64,000 nt of DNA, from the NCBI GenBank assembly GCA_973895155.1, contig OZ316895.1:10590184-10654183 (forward strand). The letters are read 5' to 3'. The DNA comes from Marsupella aquatica. Taxonomy: Eukaryota > Plantae > Marchantiophyta. How positions within the stretch are numbered: position 1 is the first letter of the stretch; the number at the start of each line of letters is the position of its first letter. This document shows, piece by piece, positions 53,277-64,000 of the stretch. Below the pieces are notes generated by a model. It worked only from the letters and a program-made list of their open reading frames with translations. It was not told the origin of the DNA and ran no database searches. The position numbers were made by a program, and so were the translations under genes.

Positions 53277-53323
53277 TATCACTGCCCGGCTATACCCAGT
53301 TTCGGTATAGCCGGGCAGTGATA
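53277..53323. repeat. Perfect 20-bp inverted repeat with a 7-nt loop
   Basis: tatcactgcccggctatacc-cagtttc-ggtatagccgggcagtgata. Confidence 0.9.
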
Positions 53324-53334
53324 CCCAAAGGAAA

Positions 53335-53573
53335 CCCGTGAGGTGGTTTTGTTTTTCACTATTTGAGACACCCTAGTAGGGTTTTGATTAATCAGTTCTC
53401 AGTGCGCTCGAGTGCCCGTGAGGTTTTTTTTTTTGTTTGCAATATTTGAGATGCCCTAGTAGGGTTTTCATTAATTAGTTCTTGGTGAGCTCGAGTGTAT
53501 CGCGAGATGCCCGTGAGGGTGATTTCGTTTTCAATATTTGAGACGTCCTAGTAAGGTTTTTGATTAATTAATT
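53335..53573. repeat. Three tandem 80-95 bp repeats upstream of LUC7, with telo-box-like TAGGGTTT in two of them
   Basis: cccgtgagg...tatttgaga..c.ctagta.ggtttt.attaat occurs three times. Confidence 0.75.
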
Positions 53574-54109
53574 GTTATGCAAACCTAATCACGACTGAGG
53601 GAGTGAGGAGTTGGGTCGTGGGTCAGGTTAGGTTAGGTTGGGTTGAGTTGGGCAGAGAAAGAGAGACTGTTACAGACTTCAGACACTGAGAGGGAACGTT
53701 ACGATGAGATACAGGGAGGGAGGAGAAAGAAAGAAGGCGGGGGCAGCCCTCGTGCGTGATCCAGCAACGCCCCAAGTAGTCTGCTATTATCGTGGAAAGA
53801 GGGAGGGACGGATCATCATCGTCGCTCCAGAATGAGTGTGAATGAATAAATGTCGGGGTGGGATCGAACACGACCTCGATGGAGAATCGATGACTGCTCT
53901 CATGCGCTCGCTCGCTCGGCGGATCAGGAACTGCAGAATCGACGACGAGACTGTCCCAACTCGGTCGAATTCGTGAGGAGCGAGCCGCCAGAAACGAGCG
54001 GGAGAACGTTCACATTGGGGAATTGATTTGCGAGCGAGAGAGAGAGAGAGAGATTAGGGTGATAGGATTCGGAGGAGGAGGATTTGGGAGGTCATAGGTG
54101 GGGGGAGAA

Positions 54110-54259
54110 ATGGATGCATTGAGGAAGCAGCTGGATGCATTGATGGGGGCGCACAGGAACGGGGGTGCGGTTGAGACTCCTCGGAGTTACCATGAGGGGC
54201 GATATGTGTGCCGTCTGTTTCTGTCTGGCTTGTGCCCTCACGATCTCTTCCAGAACACG
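54110..54259 (+). CDS. LUC7: Duplicated alternative first coding exon (exon 1a) of LUC7
   Basis: ATG at 54110 opens 50 codons (MDALRKQLDALMGAHRNGG...VCRLFLSGLCPHDLFQNT) ending at a phase-0 donor ACG|GTATGG. It is paralogous to exon 1b (54859-55005). Confidence 0.75.
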
Positions 54260-54858
54260 GTATGGTCACCCTTCTTCTGCTGAGTGCTGTCTGCCCCCCC
54301 CCCCCCCCCCCTCCCCATTCGCTCCCCTTTCCCCTCCATTCCCTCCTCTCATAACCCTATATCATCATCGTGATCCTTTCCTGTTTTAGAGGAGACAGTG
54401 CATATACCTACGTACGAGTTCATTGACTGAGAGACTAACCAAACAAACAAACGGTAGGACCGGTATCGCGGTGGGGTTGCGGCGGCTCAGCGTGTTTGCT
54501 CTCCGCGGCGTTTTTTAGTGAGGTAGTAGTATAAGCGAAGTCCACAAGGATTTTTTTGCTTAGACCTAGAGCCTCTCTAGTTTGACATTTTGAAGGGGGG
54601 GGTGACTGTTCTTTAACAGACTTCCTGCCCTAAATCCCCGCGTGCCATACCACTTCAAAGACCGTCCGTTTCGCTGTACTTGATCAATCACGTTGGCATT
54701 GCGTCGCACTACTTCTGCCTTGCAATTTTGCATTCTAGCCTCTTGCGTTTGGACATCATTCTGTTCCGTTAACCTGCCTGCTTGGCACTTAGCCATCAAT
54801 CAATCCCGTGGGGGGTAGAACGTCAGTCGGAGGTGAAAGTAGAAGCCAGGTACACGCA

Positions 54859-57800
54859 ATGGACGCCTTCAGAAAGCAGCTGGATGCTCTGATGGGTGCG
54901 AACCGCAATGGAGATGTGCGTGAGGTGAAGAGGAAGTACTACGACCGTGATGTTTGTCGCCTCTATCTCACGGGTCTCTGCCCTCACGACCTCTTCCAAT
55001 TAACGGTGAGTGGTGATGGTCGTCATGCATTCTTTTCCTGCTTGTGCACCGGGTGCGGTCGTTCTGGTTGCATGGCTTAGAAAAACAGGGAATTAGAGTC
55101 TTTATCTGACTGGACCGTGCCTTAGTTAGATTCTCCGCTCTTGAAGAGGAATGACATTTTTCCCTTATTCGCCAAGGAATTCCATTTTCTTAACGCAGAA
55201 TGCAATTTCCAAGGGTCGTCATTGAAGAAGAACTTTTTGCAGTAGTCAGTTATCCGTGCGGAACAATTCTTGCGGCGTTTAATTCGGTATCACCCAAAGT
55301 CAGCGATGCTACCCTTCCCTAAAATTAGTTCACTGAATCCATCCAGCCATTCTAAAATTCATGGGCTAAAGAGTGTTCGGAAGCGTCTCCCCTCTCTTCA
55401 CTTGATTGTTTGCAATGCTTAGTAGCGGTGTCTTGGTGGAATGAAACAGAGAAAGGATTTTGGTGGGAAACAGTTATAGGTGCATTGGAGAGAAAACGCA
55501 ATTCCCTTCCCTCATTTTACTGACGTTAATACGCTGCACTTGCCGACCACTTGCTTTCAGACATCTACGGTCTCTCTCACGTCCTGTAATCAAGTTTACC
55601 AGCTTAGAAAGTCACAGAAATTTGTACGGGCCAGGGATCTAGGAAGCCCCTGTACCTTTTAAATTCTGAATTTCTGAATAAGCAATCTTCCTGTTCATTT
55701 GGTTTTCTTGTGTGGTGTCCCTGTTGGATTTTATTCCTCAAGTTGCTCTGAAATCTCACTACTTTTTAATTGTCTCGCAGAAAATGGACTTGGGAGCTTG
55801 CTCAAAGATCCATTCTTTGCAACTGCGGAAAGAGTATCCTTTCTCCAGAAAATGTACATCTTTTGGGGTCTTATTTTACCCCCCTTGGGAATAGACTTGT
55901 TCAGCAGTTTCCGTTTCAAGCCATTTCGAATTTGCTCTCAATCCATGGCTGAGAACGACAGATTGTGCGATATCAAGAGGGCATAAGTATAGGGTATTTA
56001 ACTGGTGTGAAATTTAGGTCTGCTCTTATGTTTTAATGGTTTGGAAGTGTCGACGGAGGAGGCGCTTGGGATCTCTTGACTCATCTTCTCAACAGATATG
56101 AGGAAGCCAAGGCTAAAGGAAAAGACAATTATGACAGGGAGTTGGAGGACTGTCTTGAGAAGCATATTGTGGAATGTGATCGAAAGATAGCCCGAGCTTT
56201 GAAGCGGCTCGAAGACGAGGATGCTGGAGCTGCAACTGCCATAGCTGTGTCAGAAGTCACCAAGGTTTCTGTTTTTACTCAATGATCAATGTTGGGATAA
56301 TGTTTAAAGTCTTACTCAGCTCTGCCAATTTTAACTATGGATAACTGTTCAATTTTTTAACTCGTTTGTAAATCTTCCCGATCCTCCGTTCATTTAAAGA
56401 TCCTACAATGAATGTATTACTGAAGCGTTGATCTTTTTCGGTCTGTTTTCAGTCTGCAGAAGTCTCAGAATATACAAAACAAATAAAGGAAAAGTTGAAA
56501 GAGGCTGAGTACATGGGTAAGTTGGAGCCGCTTTTGCCGATTTCATTGTTCCAAAAAACATTTTTTGTTGTGATTTTATACCTTTATTTCTTGGTTACGT
56601 GGCGACAGCAGCTCACTTGAGCTCCGTGGCTGGATTGATGTGGTACTGTATTCAGATAGTTGATTCTGTTCATTGTGGCCCTCTGAAATTACAGACCTGG
56701 AAGGAAGGACTGATGACAAGATAAGGATTATGGAGGTTGTTGAAGAACTCAGATCAAAGCGAGCAGATAGACAGGTGTGTATTCGCCCCGGTGGTCTTGG
56801 TGTAAATTGATACTCGTTTGGTGGTCTTGGAAGGAGATGCTTCGACGTAAAACGTTATTTTGCAAGAAAGTTTCCTTTGTACTTAATGGTACAAATCGCT
56901 ATGCAGGCTATGTCCCTCTTAGAGGCCTTTAACAAGGACAGGGCATTGATGCCTCAGCCACTTCCAAACCCACCTCCACTGGCACCATTGCCCAGTGTTT
57001 TGCCACTGCCTCCTGACGCAAGGACACAAGAGATGATCAAGGAGAAGTTGAAGAAAGCAGAGGAGCTTGGTATGCAATCCTCACGATTCTATAGCTTTTG
57101 AAGTCCATTGGAAAATTGTAGCAAACGTTTACGAACTGCTTCGTGAGTGTACAGAGAAATATCATCTATCAAAATGTGTGAAGTAAGTTACGAGGTGCAA
57201 AAAAACCTCAAAGGTAGTCTTTGCAAAGAGATGTTTTTTTTTGGTGTCAGAGTCGTTGTTTGTTTGGAGTTTAGGGAGGGATTGGACGACATTTTGACCT
57301 GCCAGCAGTTGCCCATCCACATGACCTGAAATGCATGAAGGGTTTATGTTTGCACCTAAATTTTCATTATATGGTCAAGCTATAGACACATTTCATACAC
57401 ATACTATTTCAGTTTGCTAGCTACAGTGGTGAGACTTGGAGCGTTAAGTCTACTGACCTAGGAAAAGTTATTTTTACGGTCTAAATTCTGGCCACGGTTA
57501 GTGCGGTCATTTACTTGAGAACTATTGTCAGATAGGCTGGGTCGCATGAAAGAGAAAGTAGAGACTAGATCTGCTGTGGGGATTATTTGGTCGTACTTCA
57601 AAGGAATAGTTCTGCCCAATGGATGCCTGCTGGACGTTTACTGAGCTTACAAAAAGTTTTAGAACTTTTTTTATCCTCACTTCTTACTGTAGGTCGGTGG
57701 AAACGTACCAGCAATGGCTCATTGTGTTTTTAGAGTAATGGAATTATTGTATCCTCGGTGAGAGCCTGTCACAGATGGTTTCCTTTGGACTTATTGGTTA

Positions 57801-60800
57801 TTCCTGGATTTTCATGCATTCTCTGATATGATCATTATTCCTTTTTGCTCGTCATCTGTCATGTCAGCATCAGGATTTTTCTCTAATATAGCCTTTCTGA
57901 GCAGGTGAATTAGGTATGGTCGATGAAGCCCAAAAGGCGATGGAAGAAGCCGAGGCCCTCAAGAAGGTACGGGTAATTCGTGTATAGCATCACATTGTAG
58001 GATTCTGGAAAGACGCTTCAAATTGACAGATGCTTTCACTTTTGAAACTGGGAAATTTTGAGCACTAAGAGTGCTTCTAGGCCGTAGATCTAAATCTGCG
58101 ACAATTTTGCAGCTGGGAGCAAGACAAGAAGTACAAACAGATCCAGCGAAACTGCTTGGACCAGATGTGCGCATTGTAAGGGAAAGCCTACCATTGTCCT
58201 CAACCAAACTTTTACTGATGTACTTCTTTTGCAATGCACATTATTGTAATTGTGTCGAGAACACTTGTTTAGGGGATTTTTGCATGACTGGAAAATAGTG
58301 GACGTACTTAATGTTATTCAGATTTCTAGAGGAGCCTTTTTTGAGTAATTTCTTCGAGCCGTTTTAACATCTTTTCCCATCAATATAATCAACGTTGCGA
58401 ATCAGTCTTTGTAGCGACTTAGAAACGTGCCTGGTGGAAAGCTTGGCATGCAGTTGAAGTTAAGACCAAGAAGTACTCAGACACACCTTTCCCTGGGATT
58501 TGCAGGCTGATCAAAAGCTCCGGGTTTGTGATATCTGCGGAGCTTTCTTGAGCATATATGACAGGTACAGTGTCTTGAAATATTGAAGAACCGTTGATGC
58601 CTGGCTTACGCATTGATGGTTTGTCTGGTGACTTCAATTTTTACAGAGTTGGTTTTCCAGGTTTGAAATGTCCTATTTTGTGCTAAACTTCTTACTTTTC
58701 TGGCATATTCAGCGATCGGCGGCTTGCAGATCATTTTGGAGGCAAGCTTCACTTGGGATACATGCAAATACGGGAGAAGCTGGTCGATTTAAGGGTAAGA
58801 TTATGCAGAGGAGGAGCAGTTGTCTTGTTTTTACCTGTAGTGGTGCTTCCACGAGTTGGATTGCAATCTTTCACCCTAAATGCTGAATGCATCGGTTCCT
58901 TGCGGCCTCCGAATGGTTCCAGATGAGATCAAAAGTTTAACTCAAAGCACTCGTAAAGGTGATGATGTTTGGTAAGACGAAGATAAAAGCCATGAGATTG
59001 AAGCTCATCGTTCTTCTTGGCTTCTCGGCGGTGTACGTGGTCTATTAGAGTGATTAACAAAGGTCAATCTTATGAGGAATTGTGTGCAAAATTCGTCATG
59101 CTTGAAGACTTCGTATGTTGGGTGCTGAGGATGTTACGCCTCGTTGCTGCAATGCTGTGTTGTTTTTGTTAGTGGCGGTTTAGGACAACACTTCTGTTTG
59201 CCATATATCTTGAGCCAGTCTGCGGATCAGATTCTTTGAAAAGTAAATCAATAACAGTAATTGTTTTCTGTAACCTTATGCTGCCGTGGCATTCATGATT
59301 GAAGATTTCTAGTTGTTTTCAAACAAAATTTAAGGGCTTACAGATCTGGCGAATATTGTAGCTCTCATGAATGTCTTTGGTCAACAACTGTGGTGACCAC
59401 TATATAATCATCATACTTTCTAAACATCTTAGGGGTGGGTTATTCAAGAGATATATTCTTGTTGGGATCATACCTGGTGCTAATGTCGGTGCGGACGAGG
59501 TCATAAGTTCATTTATGAATCTTGTCAGATTCTATAATACAGGAACTTTTCAAGGGCGTTCCAGCGTCGTCCTCAGAGTATTTGTTTCTTTGCTCTGGGC
59601 TTATATTTGAATGGTGTTACCACGTGGTGGCAGCTTTGTTAAGTAGCCAACTTCTTCCACCCAATTGTTCTGCGGTCTGCCTGTCCTCCCACCTGTCAAC
59701 AACTTCGTCGATGCATTTTTTGTAAGAATCATTCTACCTGTTGATAGATTCTATTATATAAGGGGCTGGAATTGACGTTGAATGCATTCTGCTGTACTTT
59801 CCACGAGTCTGAACCTCATCAGATGACACAGAAATCTGTGCAGATTACCTAGTCTGAATCTGAGGACCTCCTGTCTAACCTGGAGTGATAGAGACCTGAC
59901 TTGTAAGGCCTCATGCTGTACTTACCGTGCGTGACGTAGGTCGAATTTCTATAGAACTAAGCCTTTTATCAGTGAAGGTGTTTCTCTTTTACCAGGAGGA
60001 TAGCTAATTCCGAAAGAAAAGCTTCTGTTGTGTGAGTGGAAGTCTGGTTCAGGCCTCTGCTTTGCGTACTTGTATGTCTCCATAAATCACCCTCCTCTTC
60101 CACTTTACTAGATTTTTTGTATTTTACGTTTGACTTCTTGTAGCCCTTTGTTCAACGCGAAAGGAGCACGGTTGTAGATCAACTGGAGACCGGAGTCTGT
60201 ATTATATTCTGTTGAAGCTGATTGCCGTCTCCCTCGTCGTTGATTCCGGCACTTTTGGCCCGGTGGTATATTACGTCTCTGACCATCACCTTCATAACAT
60301 AGTTAGCTTCTGCGGAGAACCTATAGTCTCAGGATGACATGACTGTGGGACGTGACTTTATACTTTCTTCGTCTGAGAAAGGTGCTTTACTGCACATATC
60401 TACAATCCAAGTCTATCAGGAGAGCAGAAGCCTTTACTTGTGGTCTGCATTTTATGTGGAAAGCGGAAGGACAGTCCTATTTGCGGTCGATTTGTGTCTG
60501 CACCTGTGCAAGTTGACTTTGTGTTTGCTTGAACGAATGTGATGCGAGATTTATTTTCCCCGCGTGTAGATTACAAAGGGTTTATAAAGAAACGAAAATC
60601 TGACCATGACTTTCCTAGTACTTTATCTTGGAGTTTGATGAGACGTTCTACTCCTGACTTTTGGATTGAGCACTTGGTTGATGCCTATATCTTTTTGGTT
60701 GTAGGTGAGTAAAATATATTAGTACAGGTGTTTCTCCTAGAGCTTTCTCCGGTCATACTTTTGCCACTACTCAAATTAACCCTTGACTACATTGAGGGCG

Positions 60801-62225
60801 ATCTTAGTGGTCATGAGTGTACACAACGTGGGGTTATTTTTAGACCAAGTGGAAATATGAAAGTCATTTTATCAGTCTCCGTTGAGACGATGTGGAGTGG
60901 AATTTACGCAGTTATTCTCATTCTGTTTCATGGGATCTTGGGAATTGGATGGGGAGATATCTTGGGAATTGGATGGGGAGATAAATCGGAGAGAAGTTCA
61001 TAGTGTTCATGATATGGATCTGGAGTAGACTCTTTTGATTTCCTTTGATGTCGCTCACGGCAGGACAGCGGGGTTTTCCTTTCAGAGTCGGGGCGAGGAA
61101 AAGATAATAACCTAGAATTCCTTATGAAGTACGAGGGGGCCGTTCTCACTGTTCATCCTTGATTGCTTGCTTTGCAGGAGGAGAGAATCCAGATGCGGAA
61201 GCCGGATCCGGATGCGGATGGTGAAAAGTGAGTACTTGAGGGCTTTGGCAACTTTTGGGCTTCAATTTACTTTTATGAAGGAATGCACTTAAGTCTATGA
61301 ACCAATTGATTTATATTCCGGTTAGTCCCACGGACAGCCTGTAATGTAGAGAAGAAGAAGACGGAGAGGGATAAAATACTGAGGGGCCATGGCTTGACAC
61401 CTGTTTATTTGGACAGGAGAATGATATGATCTGTAACCTTGTGTCCCATATGGTGGCGCATGGCACCTGGTCCCTCTGATCATTGTCTCACCTTGATTTG
61501 GAGGAGCTTGGACCATTAGGGCAGGATCTCTTGTAAGTTACCTATGATGGTTGCAGAGTCTTTTTGAATCTTAACAAAAGTGGATATGGTGTCCATGTAC
61601 TTCGGATGAAATAAAGTACAGCCAATATAATGACAATCTGTCGGTGGTGATTCAGGTCCCGTGAAAAATCTCGAGAAAGATCTGTCAGAGCCACTAGTAG
61701 AGACGTGGACAAAGAAAAAGATGGAGATCGTGAACGGGATCGAGAGAAAGACAGGGAGCGAGATCGCGAGAAAGACCGAGACAGAGATTACCGCCACAGG
61801 GACAGAGATCGAGAGCGCGATCGGGATAGGGAAAGAGACCGGGACAGGGATCGAGACAGGGATCGTGCCCGAGATCGTGACCGTGATTCTGATTCGAGGA
61901 GGAGACGGTAATTGCATATGCCATTACTGCTAATACTCTAATGGAGCAGACTGGATTTTTCAGTTCAGACTTTATTCTCGTGCTGAGTATGGTAATTACA
62001 GTGGCAGGTCGCGGTCGAGGGAGCGTTCCAGGGAAAGAGACAGGGGTGACCGCTACAGGTCTATTTCTTCTAAATCCCCCCTTCCTTGTTCTAGTCCCAG
62101 AGTAGACGCAGGAACTGGATCTGACCTTGGCTTCTACGGATCTGGATTTTGCTGTCCATGTCGATAGTCTCACTATTCAATTTGATCGTTGCAGGGGGCG
62201 GCATGATAGGCATGACCGTTATTGA
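54859..62225 (+). CDS. LUC7: LUC7 family U1 snRNP-associated splicing factor (two zinc fingers plus RD/RS tail)
   Basis: Fourteen exons: 54859-55005, 55781-55833, 56096-56264, 56453-56516, 56695-56774, 56907-57069, 57905-57966, 58113-58175, 58506-58564, 58713-58794, 61178-61227, 61656-61907, 62008-62058 and 62195-62225. ZnF1 is CRLYLTGLCPHDLF..CSKIH and ZnF2 is QKLRVCDICGAFLS..RLADHFGGKLH. A DRERDR-rich tail ends HDRY*. Confidence 0.94.
55834..56095 (+). other. U12-type (minor spliceosome) GT-AG intron in LUC7
   Basis: The 5' site is GA|GTATCCTTT. The branch-like TCTCTTGAC at 56072-56080 places its A about 16 nt before the AG. Splicing restores LRKE-YEEAK. Confidence 0.85.
60934..60982. repeat. 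Tandem duplication of about 24 bp in LUC7 intron 10
   Basis: atcttgggaattggatggggagat occurs twice. Confidence 0.8.
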
Positions 62226-64000
62226 TCGTCAATTGCCAACTTCATTTTGTTCTAAACTACAAATGTACCTCCAATGGATCCCTCAAGAGGTGGTGAGGTG
62301 AGGAAGGTGATTGATGACGACCATCATTGATTCGGAGCTCCTGCAGACAAAGCCTGGAAATGTGATGTGCAACCAGAATCCTTTTCCAGTGTTTTTGGAG
62401 ATGCCCATTTGACTGTTCTGGTTGGCATATTACGTAGCTGGCTTTAGCTCACAAAGCATCCACTTGATACCACTCTACTCGTGTAAGAGAGGATGCTCAT
62501 GCGTGGGTATCATCCCATCACATCATGCAGTGCCACTCTGAGAGATACGTGCATTTTATTTTTAGGAAGATTAGGCTCGTTGGAGAAATACTTTGGTTTT
62601 CTTTTCTTTTGATAAATCACTGCGCAATTAAGTATTATAGGGAGAAAGAGTTAAATCATTTATATATACAGTTGTACTTGTTCCATCAAGTCAAGTGTCT
62701 GCTCGTACTTTGTGATATCGAATGAAGGTAAGAGGGAACGGATGGTGATTGATTCTCAACTACGGACTTTTTCCCCACGTGTATAAAGCTTAGGTTAATC
62801 CCTACAATAGGTCTGCATTGGTTCATTTAACGTGTCCAGTTTCAAAGGATTACCCAGTATTGTTCCATTCCTATATTTAACATTTGATTATTATGGACTC
62901 AGCATATCCTAGAGTTGTGAAGTTTTATTTGTAGATTTCTCTTCGGACGTGAAGCCTGGTTCTTGGATTTTTTTTATTTCCAAAATTAAGGCTCTACTCT
63001 GACTTAGATCTGAGTTTCGTCGCCCTTTTGGTCAGTCCGACACTGGAGTATGTGAGAATCCTGTTGTCGGGACCATTGGTTGAGATTTTGATGGGCAACA
63101 GAGAGGTGAGACTTGACTTACAAGGAGGATGTTGGGTAGAACTGGCTATGGTTGAATAAACCTTATCCCAGATTAGAATTGTTCAAGAAGGTCTGAAGCC
63201 TCAGCCCCACCACCAGCAACCGCGATAGCATACGTTTCAAGTATTATTGAGCATGTTTTTTTCTGGCCAGCACAAAGATATCTCAATGAAGGGAAGTGTG
63301 CGCCAGGTCACCAAGGTGCAGTGGAACTCAGTTGATTCCCGTATCTTAAAACGTCCATTCATGCCTAGTTGCCCACGAGGCAAAACCTACTGTAGCGAAG
63401 ATGGAGTCTGGATGAAATGTGATCGTGTTCTACCAACTCTACGTTACTTAACAACTTACGTATGGGCCCCTGAAATTGGTGGGAGTGTCGGTCAAGGAAG
63501 AATCAGGGAGCATAACTTTATAGGAGTTCTGTTCATGCGCTTTCTGTGGAAAAATGACGTTGCGCTCAACTGGGTGCTCTGCAGCTTGGTTCTGTACAAG
63601 GCACACCAGGGCATTTGCACTCGCTGCATGACTTTGATATACTTGAGGAATTTGTAGGCGGGTCGGGCTACCCATAGTGTGACGGCCATCAAGTCAGAGA
63701 CCTCAACCATTCCAATCGCTAGGAATAACTCAATGAAGCTCTACTCGAACACTAACGGTTTTCAGAAAACCTTATATCGACTTTCGTCTACCTCCACTAA
63801 CTCTCCTGTATTTCGCTGATCTTGAATAGTTTGTAAAGAAGTGAAGAGAATATATAAGCGTAGTTGTCTTTGAGCTGCATTCAATTTACGATTCTTCTTG
63901 CATGTTCTATTAACTACTATATATGTTAAAGTGCACAAGAACAGAAACACCTAATTGGGAGACAGGGTCAGGCAAAGCAACCCAAAATAAAAGAAGAGAA

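Noticed and set aside
61516-62173. Ile/Pro/Val/Ser- and Asp/Pro-rich minus-strand ORFs and the GIETG-repeat plus-strand ORF
   Set aside because: These are alternative frames of the LUC7 (DR/ER)n repeat exon.
63247-63657. 136-aa ORF near the window end
   Set aside because: Non-ATG start, no recognisable motif and no splice-supported structure.

Overview
This is eukaryotic nuclear DNA from a land plant. Intron size, long leaders and base composition suggest a bryophyte such as a liverwort, but that is an inference. I could assemble six spliced protein-coding genes by hand. On the minus strand: a membrane receptor-like pseudokinase of the At3g56050/MDIS type (5842-9675), replication factor C large subunit RFC1 (22012-31086) and elongation factor 1B-gamma (33299-36604). 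On the plus strand: two tandem-duplicated tropinone-reductase-like SDRs (42830-45074, 47755-50439) and the U1 snRNP factor LUC7 (54110/54859-62225). Intergenic DNA is transposon debris: a decayed Copia element carrying two nested solo LTRs, a Mutator-like MITE with a 10-bp TSD, a probable Helitron, a 5'-truncated L1 LINE and several tandem repeats. The LUC7 locus is the most striking part. It has two diverged, intact copies of its first coding exon with a purifying-selection pattern, a U12-type intron, and a candidate poison exon upstream of the RD/RS tail. Next is a decayed antisense ORF beside the Copia pol end that encodes an RNase H1-N/caulimovirus P6-like hybrid-binding domain. No rRNA, tRNA or CRISPR features were found. 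All calls are by eye, without database searches.
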